NCBI GenBank assembly: GCA_047602425.1
Contig: JASGHG010000001.1
Location: 1,376,001 to 1,440,000 of the forward strand
Length of the DNA: 64,000 nt
Source: Nibricoccus sp.
Lineage (GTDB): Bacteria; Verrucomicrobiota; Verrucomicrobiia; Opitutales; Opitutaceae
Direction: 5' to 3'
Part shown: positions 21,805-33,246 of the stretch, piece by piece
Numbering within the stretch: position 1 is the first letter of the stretch
Layout: every line of letters begins with the position of its first letter
Position numbers and translations under genes: made by a program
Notes under the pieces: model-generated
Database searches by the model: none
The model's input: the letters and a program-made list of their open reading frames with translations, nothing else
What the model was told of the DNA's origin: nothing

Positions 21805-22410
21805 ATGGCTTTTGGTCTCACAGGCATTTCCAGCACTGCTTACGATCCCTATCGGAACTTTCAATTCACACCGAAAGACCGTAGTGACGCGGGCATCTCG
21901 GAAGCCGACGCCGTCACGGACGAAAACTTCCCCGGCCAGTACGAGGCAACGGATGACACCGCGCAAACAGCCGCCGCAAAAGAAGCCGCGGCCTCGGAAC
22001 TTCAGTCGACTGACCGAGAAGTTCGTTCCCACGAAGCGGCCCACATCGCTGCCGGCGGCAGTCACATCACCAGCGGCGCAACCTACTCTTACCGAACCGG
22101 ACCCGATGGGAAACAATACGCGGTCGGAGGCGAAGTGGGCATCGACATTTCGCCCGTGCCGGGCAATCCACAGGCAACCATTACCAAAATGATGATGGTG
22201 CGCGCAGCCGCACTGGCTCCCGCCAACCCCTCGCCGCAGGATCTCGCCGTCGCCGCGGCTGCGGCACAAATGGAAGCCAATGCCCGCGCCGAACTTACGG
22301 CACAGAACCAAGCCCGAATTTCTGAAACACAGCCTATCGGTAAAAGTGCCGCCAGCGTCTACCGCGCCCGCGTGGGGCGGGTCGGCCGGCACGTCAATAC
22401 CGCCGCCTGA
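21805..22410 (+). CDS. SprA-related family protein (putative HExxH metalloprotease)
   Basis: DREVRSHEAAH, GPDGKQYAVGGEV, AALAPANPSPQD. Start set at ATG 21805. Confidence 0.8.
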   Translation: MAFGLTGISSTAYDPYRNFQFTPKDRSDAGISEADAVTDENFPGQYEATDDTAQTAAAKEAAASELQSTDREVRSHEAAHIAAGGSHITSGATYSYRTGPDGKQYAVGGEVGIDISPVPGNPQATITKMMMVRAAALAPANPSPQDLAVAAAAAQMEANARAELTAQNQARISETQPIGKSAASVYRARVGRVGRHVNTAA

Positions 22411-22506
22411 ACCGCAATTGGCGGTATGCAGGCGTAAAGTAAAGCTTCCGGATTTCCCTCCGATCGCGGTGTAAATATGTCCGTTTGGTTGATTTCGTCC
22501 CCTTTC

Positions 22507-22523
22507 TTGGCATAGTCAGTGCT
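22507..22523 (+). promoter_or_regulatory. Putative sigma54 (-24/-12) promoter of TonB-dependent receptor
   Basis: TTGGCATAGTCAGTGCT: GG-N10-GC spacing matches the YTGGCA...TTGCW consensus, ~80 bp before the ATG. Confidence 0.6.
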
Positions 22524-22603
22524 CAAACGAGGGACAAACACAACTCAATGGCGGCCGTTCTCTGTGCGGGAACCAACCGTCAGAACCTAAACACAAGCAT
22601 CAT

Positions 22604-25261
22604 ATGTCTACTATTATGACGCCAGGTACGACGTTATCCAAACCGGTACTGGCACTCTGGGGCATTTTGGCTATAACGACAAGTTCGTTTGCGCAAACTG
22701 CCGTCACCACCCCCACCTCTGAAAAGGAGGACGAAAAACCAATCACGCTGGATACGATGACCACCGTCGGGTCCCGCGTTAAAAACATCGAGGCCGCGGG
22801 CCCCAACCCCGTGACCTCTTTCGACCAGTCCACGTTGCAGGCCGCCGGTTTCGCCAATGTCGGCGAGGCCTTGCGATCTCTCCCGATGATCTCGGGAACA
22901 TCGCTGAATCCCGCGGCGTCAAACAACAGCTTCACGCCCGGAGCCTCGACGGTGAATATGCGCGGCCTCGGCAATAACAACGTTCTGGTTTTGCTGAATG
23001 GCCGCCGCGCCGCCCCGCTTTCCACGCCGGGCTTTGACGGATTGCAGACGATGTTCGATTTTAACAGCATCCCGTCGGCGGCAATCGAATCGATCGAAAT
23101 CCTGAAGGACGGTGGTTCGGCAATCTACGGTTCCGATGCCGTTTCCGGTGTCATCGATATTAAACTGAGAAAACGCTACAGCGGCCTTTCGGTATCGGCC
23201 CAAGTTGGCAATACGACACACACCGATTCATTGGAAAAAACATTCTCACTCGTCGCTGGCACGACGAAGGGAGCGTTTTCCATCATCACCACCGTCGACT
23301 ACACCGATCGCCACCCGATCAAGGACCACGATTATGCGTTCTCTTCGGACGCGAATACAAAAAGCCGGGGCGGTGTGGACCGGCGAAGCTACGCAGGTTA
23401 TCCAGGCTTGGTTTACGTGCTCAGCCTCGACGATTACTATACACTGCTTGCACCTAAATCGAATCCCACGCTTTCCGATTTTGTTGTGGCCGACGTCAGC
23501 CATGGCTCGTACAACTTTCAATCGGTCACCGATCAGACGCCTGAAATACGAAACTATGGTTTCTATTCGAGAGCAAACTATGACTTCACTCCGTACTTCT
23601 ACGGTTTCATCGAACTTTCGTTCCGCCGCTCGCAGGCAAAAATCGGCGCCGCCCCTTCCCCGGTTTTCAACTACAATGAAAATGGCGACGGTGCCACCAC
23701 TGGTTATTTGACCATACCGGCCTCAAATCCGAACAATCCGTTTGGCGAGGATCTTGAAGACGAATGGTATGCTCGGCTCGTCCACGGTGGGAATCGTGTC
23801 AACGATGTCACCTCGGACACACCGAGAGGACTGATTGGCGTCGGCGGAAAAATACCGGAGACCTCTTGGACCTGGGAAACGGGTGTGGTTCAAACTCGCA
23901 ATGCCCAGAAAAACCTCAACCACGGCATGGCTTTTGACGACCTCTATCAGAATGCCCTCAACGGCGTATCCATTGGCGGGACCGTCCTCTACGCAAATCC
24001 GTTCGGTCCGGAAGACCCGCGTGTAACGAACTATTATGTACACGATAATCCGGAGTCTTCCCGATTCACGCTCAGCACCTACGATTTTTCCGCGACCGGC
24101 AACCTGGTGGAATTGCCCGGCGGACACCTCGCGCTCGCTTTTGGCGGCGAAGGCCGTTCCGAGAAGTTCGAGAATATCCGCAGCCTCGATAGCACGATGG
24201 GCAATGTCATAGGTGGATCTGAAGGTTCGTCAATTCATGGCAGCCGCACCGTGCGCGCCGCCTATGCCGAGCTGCGTATTCCGCTTTTCTTCAAAAGCCT
24301 CCAGGCGCAGATCGCCGGACGCTTCGAACATTATAGCGATTTCGGATCGACCACGAAACCCAAGTACGCCCTCTCCTATCGGCCTTTCGATTGGCTTCTA
24401 TTGAGAGCTTCCTACGGCCAGTCGTTTCTCGCGCCCAATCTTTCCTATCTCTACACCGCCCAGGTCACCCAGTTTTCCGACAATTCCCTGGAAGACCCGA
24501 AACGCCCGACTGACGCTCCTCGACAGATCATGACGCGCTCCGGTGGAAATCGGGATTTGAAACCGGAACAGACCACCGCCTACTACGCCGGGTTTAAGGT
24601 GGAGCCGTCGTCGGGCCCGTTGAAGGGCTGGGCTGCCGGTTTGGATTGGTTTGAATTCAAACAGAAGGACCTCATCGCCCAGCTCGGAGAAGACTTCATT
24701 CTTACAAATGAGGATACGCTACCCGGCCGAGTCGTCCGCAATCCTCCGGCCGCGGGCGAAACCGTGGGCGTCATCAACTATATCATCGATACCTACGCGA
24801 ATATCGACAAACAGACCTATCGCGGCTTCGACGCCGAAATCAGCTATCGTTTCAAGTCGGCATACTTGGGCAAATTCAAGATCTCAGCCAGCACGACCTA
24901 TCTGACAGCGCTAAAATACAATGACGACGATTTTGCGAGTTCCTATAACTTTCCCCGCGTCCGGGCGATTTCTTCGCTCGAATGGGAAAAGGGAAACTGG
25001 GGCTCGGCAATTTTCGTTAGTTATATTGGAACGTTCGACAAATACGACGAAAGTGGAGCAGTGGGAAAAATCGGATCGCAGACCCTCGTCAATCCCCAGA
25101 TCAGCTATTCGGGCCTCTTCGACGTAAAAATCACCCTGGGCGCGCGTAATATCTTTGATCGGGATCCGCCGTTCGACCGTCATACATCGACCGGTTGGAA
25201 TTCCGACATTCACAGCCCGGAGAAACGTTTCGTTTATCTCCGCTTGGAAAGAGAATTCTAA
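22604..25261 (+). CDS. TonB-dependent outer membrane receptor
   Basis: Signal peptide, plug motif NMRGLG...VLVLLNGRR, IEILKDGGSAIYGSDAVSGVI, C-terminal Phe. Confidence 0.93.
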   Translation: MSTIMTPGTTLSKPVLALWGILAITTSSFAQTAVTTPTSEKEDEKPITLDTMTTVGSRVKNIEAAGPNPVTSFDQSTLQAAGFANVGEALRSLPMISGTSLNPAASNNSFTPGASTVNMRGLGNNNVLVLLNGRRAAPLSTPGFDGLQTMFDFNSIPSAAIESIEILKDGGSAIYGSDAVSGVIDIKLRKRYSGLSVSAQVGNTTHTDSLEKTFSLVAGTTKGAFSIITTVDYTDRHPIKDHDYAFSSDANTKSRGGVDRRSYAGYPGLVYVLSLDDYYTLLAPKSNPTLSDFVVADVSHGSYNFQSVTDQTPEIRNYGFYSRANYDFTPYFYGFIELSFRRSQAKIGAAPSPVFNYNENGDGATTGYLTIPASNPNNPFGEDLEDEWYARLVHGGNRVNDVTSDTPRGLIGVGGKIPETSWTWETGVVQTRNAQKNLNHGMAFDDLYQNALNGVSIGGTVLYANPFGPEDPRVTNYYVHDNPESSRFTLSTYDFSATGNLVELPGGHLALAFGGEGRSEKFENIRSLDSTMGNVIGGSEGSSIHGSRTVRAAYAELRIPLFFKSLQAQIAGRFEHYSDFGSTTKPKYALSYRPFDWLLLRASYGQSFLAPNLSYLYTAQVTQFSDNSLEDPKRPTDAPRQIMTRSGGNRDLKPEQTTAYYAGFKVEPSSGPLKGWAAGLDWFEFKQKDLIAQLGEDFILTNEDTLPGRVVRNPPAAGETVGVINYIIDTYANIDKQTYRGFDAEISYRFKSAYLGKFKISASTTYLTALKYNDDDFASSYNFPRVRAISSLEWEKGNWGSAIFVSYIGTFDKYDESGAVGKIGSQTLVNPQISYSGLFDVKITLGARNIFDRDPPFDRHTSTGWNSDIHSPEKRFVYLRLEREF

Positions 25262-25283
25262 CCACGCATCATCGGCAGGTGAT

Positions 25284-25322
25284 AAAAAAGGGCGACCCGT
25301 GTCGGTCGCCCTTTTGCCTTTT
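25284..25322. terminator. Bidirectional intrinsic terminator
   Basis: AAAAGGGCGACC-cgtgtc-GGTCGCCCTTTT between convergent genes. Confidence 0.85.
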
Positions 25323-25335
25323 AAACGCGTGCGGC

Positions 25336-26733
25336 TCAGATGTGGATCGCTTCGCCCATGGTGGCGGCAGCAGCTTCCATCAGGGCTTCACCGAGCGTCG
25401 GGTGCGCGTGGATTGTCTGGTGGATTTCCTCGACGGTCGCTTCGAGATGAATCGCAAGACCGTACTCGGCGATGAGTTCGGTGGCTTCGGCGCCGATGAT
25501 GTGCGCGCCGTAGATTTCACCCGTTTTGGCATCGCTGATGACTTTAACGAACCCGTCACTATCGGCCGAAGCTACGGCCTTGCCGGAAGCGGTGAAGGGG
25601 AACTTGCCAATCTTGAAGTCGAGTTTCTTCTCCTTCGCGGCTTTTTCGGTCAAACCCGTGCTGGCCACCTGCGGCTGGCTGTACGTGCAGCCCGGGAAGT
25701 TTTTCACGCGTTTCGGCTTACCGTGGCCGAACATGCCGTTGACGGCGTTGATCGCCTCGTAGTTGGCCACATGCGCGAGCCAGGGTGGACCAATGATGTC
25801 GCCGGCGCCATAGATGCCTTTGACACTCGATTGGTAATCGTCGCCGACTTTCAGGTAATTGCGGTCGAGTTCGGGTTTCACGGCGGCCGCGAGCAAACCA
25901 TCGAGATTGGCTTCGACACCGATTGCAGAGAGCAAAACCTCGGCTTCGACTTCGGTTTTCTGGTCACCTTTGACCAGGTCGACTTTGACGCTGTCTTTGC
26001 CGACGCGGAAATTTTCGCACTTTGTGCCGGTGTGAGAAACGATGCCCTGCTTGTCGAAAGCGCGGTTGAGCGTCTTGGCCACTTCCTCGTCCTCGATGGG
26101 AAGAAGTTGCGGCAGCATTTCGACCAACGTCACTTTTGTTCCGAGCGCGTTGAAAAAGTAGGCAAATTCCACGCCGATCGCACCAGCTCCAACGATGATG
26201 ATGGATTTTGGCTGCTTGGTGTTGGCAAGGGCCTCGCGGGACGTCATCACGCGCACGCCGTCGTAGGTCAGGCCGGGGATTTTGCGCATCTTGCAACCGG
26301 TCGCGACGAGGATGTTCCTGGCTTTGAAGAACTGGCCTTTGCGGTCGCCTTCCGTGAGTGAAACCATGCCGGGCGCATCGATGCGGGCTTTGCCGACGAT
26401 GTAGTCGACCTTGTATTTTTTGAAAAGGAACTCGACGCCCTTGGCCATTTGGTTGGAGACGCCGCGGGAGCGCTCCATGATTTTCGCGAAGTCAAAGGTT
26501 ACGTCCTTTGCGCTGACGCCGAAGGTTTCCGCCTTCTTGATCTTTTGGTAGAGCTCGGCGCTCTTGAGCAACGCCTTGGTCGGAATGCAGCCCCAATTGA
26601 GGCAGGTGCCGCCGGCACGCTCCATTTCGATGCACGCGACTTTCTTGCCGAGTTGGCCGGCACGAATGGCGCCCGCGTAACCCGCAGGTCCGCCGCCGAT
26701 GACGATGAGATCGTATTCAGTATTTTCAGCCAT
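25336..26733 (-). CDS. lpdA: Dihydrolipoyl dehydrogenase
   Basis: GGGPAGY, GGTCLNWGCIPTK redox disulfide, GAGAIG, HAHPTLGE. Confidence 0.96.
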   Translation of the reverse strand: MAENTEYDLIVIGGGPAGYAGAIRAGQLGKKVACIEMERAGGTCLNWGCIPTKALLKSAELYQKIKKAETFGVSAKDVTFDFAKIMERSRGVSNQMAKGVEFLFKKYKVDYIVGKARIDAPGMVSLTEGDRKGQFFKARNILVATGCKMRKIPGLTYDGVRVMTSREALANTKQPKSIIIVGAGAIGVEFAYFFNALGTKVTLVEMLPQLLPIEDEEVAKTLNRAFDKQGIVSHTGTKCENFRVGKDSVKVDLVKGDQKTEVEAEVLLSAIGVEANLDGLLAAAVKPELDRNYLKVGDDYQSSVKGIYGAGDIIGPPWLAHVANYEAINAVNGMFGHGKPKRVKNFPGCTYSQPQVASTGLTEKAAKEKKLDFKIGKFPFTASGKAVASADSDGFVKVISDAKTGEIYGAHIIGAEATELIAEYGLAIHLEATVEEIHQTIHAHPTLGEALMEAAAATMGEAIHI

Positions 26734-27021
26734 GGTGGGAAAAGTGACGTTGGTTGAACAAAGTGCAAACGTCTCCTCCGGCTGAGGGCCGGTCAACGGG
26801 GAAATCCGACCCGCCGACGGACATTAGTTGGCGGCGTGGCGGTTCGCACCTTCAACGAAGCTATCTCATGTTGGGGCTATCTCGCATTTAGCTGTTAGAC
26901 ATTGAACCGGAAAACAATGCAGGCCGCTAGAGACAGAAAATAATCACAAGAATGTCCCAGCAATCGCATCCAGTTTTGAGCTGACGGATGCGCGACGACT
27001 CCCCACGCTCCGAATTTAGGA

Positions 27022-27564
27022 ATGAGTACCCTGCCCTCTGATTACGGTTCCCGCATCGATGAGTTGCTACGCGAACTCGGCATTCCCGCCAACTATGCCC
27101 AAATTCGCCAGCTGACGCTTCAGATCGAGGCCGCCTCAACCGATCTCGTGTCCGTAGGCAACAGCCCCGAGGGTAAGCCCTGCCGGTTGATCCGTCCCGC
27201 CGCCCGCGCCTGGCACAGCATGTACGCTGCCGCCCGCAAACTCGAAATTGAGCTCCAACCGCTTTCCGGGTTCCGCAGCGTCGAACGCCAAGTGGAAATC
27301 ATCCGCGGCAAACTCGCCGTCGGCGAAAATATTTCCGAAATCCTCCACTCGATCGCCGCTCCCGGTTTCAGTGAACATCACACCGGGCGCGCGATCGACG
27401 TCGGTTCCGACGAAGCCCCTCCGCTGGAGGAAGTCTTCGCCGACACCCGTGCCTTCGCCTGGCTGCGCCTGCATGGAGAAGAGTATGGTTACAGAATGAC
27501 CTATCCCCGCCACAACCCCCACGGTTTCGTTTACGAACCCTGGCACTGGTGCTGGCAGGGCTAG
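27022..27564 (+). CDS. M15B (VanY-like) D-Ala-D-Ala carboxypeptidase
   Basis: SGFRS, APGFSEHHTGRAID, YEPWHW. Confidence 0.88.
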   Translation: MSTLPSDYGSRIDELLRELGIPANYAQIRQLTLQIEAASTDLVSVGNSPEGKPCRLIRPAARAWHSMYAAARKLEIELQPLSGFRSVERQVEIIRGKLAVGENISEILHSIAAPGFSEHHTGRAIDVGSDEAPPLEEVFADTRAFAWLRLHGEEYGYRMTYPRHNPHGFVYEPWHWCWQG

Positions 27565-27569
27565 GCGAA

Positions 27570-27758
27570 CTATTCGCCAGCGGGAATTTCCGGGTTGTCC
27601 GTCGCGCTCTTGCCCTTTCGCCGCTTCACCGCGTCGCGCAGCAAAAACTCGATCTGGCCATTCACACTGCGAAGTTCGTCGGCCGCCCACGCTTCCAGTT
27701 CGGTCCACAACTTGGGATCGATCCGCAACAAAAACGTTTTTCTATCTTCTGCGGCCAT
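27570..27758 (-). CDS. Arc-family ribbon-helix-helix DNA-binding protein
   Basis: [35 protein letters not shown]; follows the SPFH gene. Confidence 0.85.
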   Translation of the reverse strand: MAAEDRKTFLLRIDPKLWTELEAWAADELRSVNGQIEFLLRDAVKRRKGKSATDNPEIPAGE

Positions 27759-27838
27759 GAAAAATCGGGTGCTCGCACGAGTTCGTGGCCCGTAAGCCGG
27801 GCCACGCCAATGAAAAACTCTCGGCTCCAAAAACCACG

Positions 27839-28741
27839 TTAGGAATAAAGCGTGCCCGCGTTGATCACCGGCTGGGCTTCGGCTTCCCCGCAGAGCACCA
27901 CCAACAGATTTGAAACCATCGCGGCTTTGCGCTCTTCATCGAGCGTAACCACTTTCTTTGCCGATAGTTCGTTGAGCGCCATTTCAACCATGCTCACCGC
28001 GCCTTGAACAATTTTCTGCCGCGCCGCGATCACGGCTTCGGCCTGCTGACGTCTCAACATCGCCTGCGCGATTTCCGGCGCATAGGCGAGGTGCGTGAGC
28101 CTCGCCTCTTCGATTTCGACGCCAGCCTTGTCGAGCCGTTCCTGCAATTCGCGCCTGAGCGCCGCCACGATTTCGTCGCCGCCGCTGCGCAGAGTCAGCT
28201 CGTTCGTTTCCCCGTCGTCGTACGCATAACTATTCGCCACGTGGCGCAGCGCCGTTTCGCTTTGAACGTTCACGTAGGAACCATAGTCGTTCACATCGAA
28301 AACCGCCTGTGCCGTGTCGCGTATCCGCCAAACCACTACCGCGGCGATCTCGATCGGATTTCCACGCTTGTCGTTAACCTTGATCTTCTCGCTGTTGAAA
28401 TTCCGCGAACGCACCGATACGCGCAGCCGCCGATTAAAAGGATTGGTCCAATTGAACCCGGCCCGGCGAATCGTTCCCACATAGCGGCCAAACAACGTCA
28501 GTACCACGGCCTCGTTGGGCTGCACCGTGAAAAGCCCGGCGAAAACGAAAATCGCCGCCATGATTGAGAGAATCCCGAAAATCGCCGGTGTCGCCCCTGC
28601 TCTGTGCTGCGTCGCCGCATAGATAAGCAGCATCGCTGCAACGACCGACATAAAAATACCGAGGCCAAGCATCGTGCCGCCGGACAGCGGCGAGAGCGGA
28701 CGCTCACGGTTTACGGACTGATCCAGCTGTGGAGTATTCAT
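27839..28741 (-). CDS. SPFH/Band 7 domain membrane protein
   Basis: Two TMs; [35 protein letters not shown]. Confidence 0.9.
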   Translation of the reverse strand: MNTPQLDQSVNRERPLSPLSGGTMLGLGIFMSVVAAMLLIYAATQHRAGATPAIFGILSIMAAIFVFAGLFTVQPNEAVVLTLFGRYVGTIRRAGFNWTNPFNRRLRVSVRSRNFNSEKIKVNDKRGNPIEIAAVVVWRIRDTAQAVFDVNDYGSYVNVQSETALRHVANSYAYDDGETNELTLRSGGDEIVAALRRELQERLDKAGVEIEEARLTHLAYAPEIAQAMLRRQQAEAVIAARQKIVQGAVSMVEMALNELSAKKVVTLDEERKAAMVSNLLVVLCGEAEAQPVINAGTLYS

Positions 28742-28754
28742 AGGTTGAAGAGGT

Positions 28755-28788
28755 TTTGATTTCTAAATGATATCACTTCGAAATCAAA
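28755..28788. promoter_or_regulatory. 34-bp inverted repeat, candidate Arc-protein operator
   Basis: TTTGATTTCTAAATGAT|ATCACTTCGAAATCAAA, 15/17 symmetric, just upstream of the SPFH start. Confidence 0.6.
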
Positions 28789-28823
28789 TACGAGCAAAAT
28801 CGCGCAGATTTTTGTGATTTTCG

Positions 28824-28867
28824 TTAGAATAATTCCAATTCTCACTTGAAACTTAGAACCATTCCAA
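28824..28867. promoter_or_regulatory. Two Fur-family (ICE/Per-box-like) sites
   Basis: TTAGAATAATTCCAA (28824-28838) and TTAGAACCATTCCAA (28853-28867) just upstream of the Fur-family gene. Confidence 0.6.
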
Positions 28868-28886
28868 TCTGTTAGGAGCCCTTTCA

Positions 28887-29315
28887 ATGATCGAGCAGCA
28901 CACAAATACTTCCTCCGACGGCTTGGCGCAAAAACTCGCCGACAGCGGCCTTCGCGCTACTCCTCAGCGAGAATTGGTCTATCGCTCACTCCTCCAGCAA
29001 CGCGATCATCCGACTGCCGAGGAAGTCTTTGCCCGCGTGAAAAGCGAGATGCCTTCCATTTCATTGGCAACGGTTTACAATTGCCTAGAAACGCTTGTGC
29101 AGTGCCGCCTCATTCGGCAGGTCCATCACGAGCGAAGTTCGACTCGTTACTGCCCGAATCTTCACCCTCACGCCCACTTTCACGACGAAAACACCGGCGA
29201 AATCCACGACGTCGATCTTCCCGCCAACCTCTTGGACCAACTCAAGGCCGCCCTTCCGTCCAATTTCCAGGCGTCGGTCGTCGAGATCACGTTTACCGGC
29301 AAAGACAGCAAATAA
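28887..29315 (+). CDS. Fur-family transcriptional regulator (Irr/PerR-like, lacking CxxC)
   Basis: [35 protein letters not shown]. Confidence 0.88.
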   Translation: MIEQHTNTSSDGLAQKLADSGLRATPQRELVYRSLLQQRDHPTAEEVFARVKSEMPSISLATVYNCLETLVQCRLIRQVHHERSSTRYCPNLHPHAHFHDENTGEIHDVDLPANLLDQLKAALPSNFQASVVEITFTGKDSK

Positions 29316-29361
29316 CCATCAACTCCCCGCCAACGCGCGGACCACCTCTTTTTTATACAAC

Positions 29362-30117
29362 ATGCACTCGCTCGAAATCAAAGACCTCCACGTCTCCATC
29401 GGTGACAAAGAAATCGTCAAGGGCCTGACCCTCACGATCAAAACCGGCGAAGTCCACGCCATCATGGGGCCGAACGGCACCGGCAAATCCACTCTTTCCA
29501 AAGCCATCGCCGGCCATCCCGACTACGCCATTACCAGCGGCGACGTGCTAATCGACGGCAAATCCATCCTCGAAATGGAGCCCGACGAACGCGCCCGCGC
29601 CGGCATCTTTCTCGCCTTCCAATATCCGAGCGAAATTCCCGGCGTCACCATCGCCAATTTCCTCCGCGCCGCGCAACAAGCCCGCCTCGGCGAAGGTGAA
29701 GAACTCGACGCCACCGCCTATTACAAAAAACTCTACAGCAAGATGGACCTGCTGAAGATCGATCGGAAATTCACCTCCCGCGCGGTCAACGAAGGTTTCT
29801 CCGGCGGCGAAAAGAAACGCTGTGAAATTCTCCAGATGGCCATGCTCGAGCCCATCTTCTCGCTCATGGACGAAACCGATTCCGGCCTCGACATCGATGC
29901 CCTCCGCATCGTCGCCGAAGGCGTCAACGCCCTTCGCGGCGAAAAGCTCGGCGTCCTCCTCATCACCCATTACCAGCGCCTCCTCAACTACATCGTCCCG
30001 GACTACGTGCACGTCATGTACGACGGTCGCATCGTCAAAAGCGGCGACAAAAATCTCGCCCTCGAACTCGAGGCCAAGGGCTACGACTGGGTCAAAAAAG
30101 AACTGGTCCACGCTTAA
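29362..30117 (+). CDS. sufC: Fe-S cluster assembly ATPase SufC
   Basis: [32 protein letters not shown]. Confidence 0.96.
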   Translation: MHSLEIKDLHVSIGDKEIVKGLTLTIKTGEVHAIMGPNGTGKSTLSKAIAGHPDYAITSGDVLIDGKSILEMEPDERARAGIFLAFQYPSEIPGVTIANFLRAAQQARLGEGEELDATAYYKKLYSKMDLLKIDRKFTSRAVNEGFSGGEKKRCEILQMAMLEPIFSLMDETDSGLDIDALRIVAEGVNALRGEKLGVLLITHYQRLLNYIVPDYVHVMYDGRIVKSGDKNLALELEAKGYDWVKKELVHA

Positions 30118-30186
30118 CCAGCAGCCACCACTAGCGCGGCGACCGCCGCCAAGTCTCAAATCACCAATCTCAAAATTCAGATTCCG

Positions 30187-31644
<1,458 letters not shown>

Positions 31645-31659
31645 CCAAATCCCAAACCA

Positions 31660-31757
31660 GTTACACAGAGTTCACCAGAGGATCCACAGAGACCACCGAG
31701 AAAACTTGCCCACCTGCTCCGTGACCTCCGTGCCTCCTCTGGTGCCCTCTGTGTAAC
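31660..31757. repeat. Intergenic ~98-bp hairpin element built from CAC(A/C)GAG units
   Basis: GTTACACAGAG...CTCTGTGTAAC terminal inverted repeats with further internal pairing (CACCAGAGGA/TCCTCTGGTG). Confidence 0.7.
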
Positions 31758-31773
31758 AAAAGAAATTTCACAA

Positions 31774-33084
31774 ATGTCCGCATCCACTCTCTCCGCCAAA
31801 TCCAGCATCGGCGCTTTCACCGCCGAGGCCTTTGCCGAACATCTTGCCACCCAGAAAAGCGCCCCCGCTTGGTGGCTGGAGCGCAAACGCGCCGCTTATG
31901 AAAAATTTGCGTCGCTGCCCATGCCTGCCCGTACCGACGAAACCTGGCGTTTCAGCAACATCGGCACGCTGACGCTCGAAGGGTTCACGCCTTCGCCCGT
32001 TTCAAATCTCAAATCCGAGATTCCCGCGCCCTTCGGCGTCTCCGCGCTGACTTTCAAAAACAACCTCCTGATCGGCGACACATCCTCCAAAAACGGCCTC
32101 GCCGCCAAGGGCGTGATCGTTTCGACACTCGCCGATGCCACCACGCATCACGCCGACCTGCTCAAGGCGCATTTCATGGCGCAGCCGCAGAAGCTCGGCT
32201 CGGCGAAATTCGCCGCGCTGCACACTGCCTTCGTCGCCGACGGCGCCTTCGTCTACGTCCCGAAGGGCGTCGAACTTGCCGAACCGATCGTCATCACCCA
32301 CGTGGCCAACGGCGCCAATACCGCCGTCTTTCCGCACACGCTCGTCGTGGCCGAGGAAAACTCGAAGGTCACTGTCGTGGACTATTTTGTTTCGACCGAC
32401 AATTCCACGCACTTCGCCTGCGGCGCCAACGACCTTTACGCCGCCCATGGCGCGCAACTCACTTACGTCGCCGCCCAGTCCTGGAGCAAAACCACGCTCT
32501 CCCTCCAATTTAACTCCACGGTCGCCCGCCGCGACGCCCGCGTTCAATCCCTCAATCTCCACCTCGGCGCCCGCCAGGCCCGCCACGAGTCGCTCTCGCA
32601 GCTCCAGGCACCCGGCGCGTTTTCCGAGATGCTCGCGCTCACCGTCGCAACCGGCGCGCAGGAGTTCGACCAGCGCACGCTGCAAATCCACCAGGCGCCG
32701 AACACCAAGTCCGATCTCCTCTACAAAAACGCGCTCAACGACACGTCGAAGACCAACTTCTCCGGCTTGATCATTGTCGATCCCGACGCGCAGAAGACCG
32801 ATGCCTACCAGAGCAACCGCAATTTGATGCTCAGCGACGACGCCGAGATCAATTCGCTCCCCGGCCTCGAAATTCAGGCCAACGATGTGCGTTGTACTCA
32901 TGGAAGCACTACGTCGCGCGTCGAACCCGAACAATTATACTATCTCCAATCGCGCGGCATTCCGCCGAAAACCGCGCACCAGCTCCTCGTCTTCGGTTTC
33001 TTCGAGGAAGTGCTCAACCGTCTGGAAAACGAACCACTCCATACCGCCTTGCGCGGCTTGATCGAGCAGAAGCTGGCCCGCTGA
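31774..33084 (+). CDS. sufD: Fe-S cluster assembly protein SufD
   Basis: ETWRFS, AQKTDAYQSNRNLML, PGLEIQANDVRCTHGST, YLQSRGI. Confidence 0.93.
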   Translation: MSASTLSAKSSIGAFTAEAFAEHLATQKSAPAWWLERKRAAYEKFASLPMPARTDETWRFSNIGTLTLEGFTPSPVSNLKSEIPAPFGVSALTFKNNLLIGDTSSKNGLAAKGVIVSTLADATTHHADLLKAHFMAQPQKLGSAKFAALHTAFVADGAFVYVPKGVELAEPIVITHVANGANTAVFPHTLVVAEENSKVTVVDYFVSTDNSTHFACGANDLYAAHGAQLTYVAAQSWSKTTLSLQFNSTVARRDARVQSLNLHLGARQARHESLSQLQAPGAFSEMLALTVATGAQEFDQRTLQIHQAPNTKSDLLYKNALNDTSKTNFSGLIIVDPDAQKTDAYQSNRNLMLSDDAEINSLPGLEIQANDVRCTHGSTTSRVEPEQLYYLQSRGIPPKTAHQLLVFGFFEEVLNRLENEPLHTALRGLIEQKLAR

Positions 33085-33108
33085 TCCCGCGTACAAGTTT
33101 CCTTCACA

Positions 33109-33150
33109 AAACACGCCGCGTTTCCTTCGGAGCGCGGCGTGTTTCTTTTC
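33109..33150 (+). terminator. Intrinsic terminator after sufD
   Basis: AAACACGCCGCG-loop-CGCGGCGTGTTT followed by a T-rich tract. Confidence 0.75.
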
Positions 33151-33173
33151 TAAATTCCACTCGATAAAGCAGC

Positions 33174-33246
33174 TGCGGACACCTGCCCGGAATTTTAACA
33201 ACTATTTCCGCGGGAACGCTGTTTTTCACTTGCGGACACCTGTCTG
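33174..33246. promoter_or_regulatory. Paired TGCGGACACCTG operator-like sites, cassette 1 leader
   Basis: Exact 12-mer at 33174 and 33231 (57-bp spacing), each part of the pseudo-palindrome CGGACA-CC-TGYCYG. Confidence 0.7.

Noticed and set aside
26734..27021. Possible sRNA in the lpdA / M15 peptidase divergent spacer (short hairpins, GCTATCTC twice)
   Set aside because: No recognisable family or terminator; compatible with ordinary divergent promoters.
33174..33242. Direct repeats considered as a mini-CRISPR
   Set aside because: Only two 12-bp copies per locus, the 'spacer' is conserved between loci, and there are no cas genes; better explained as operators.
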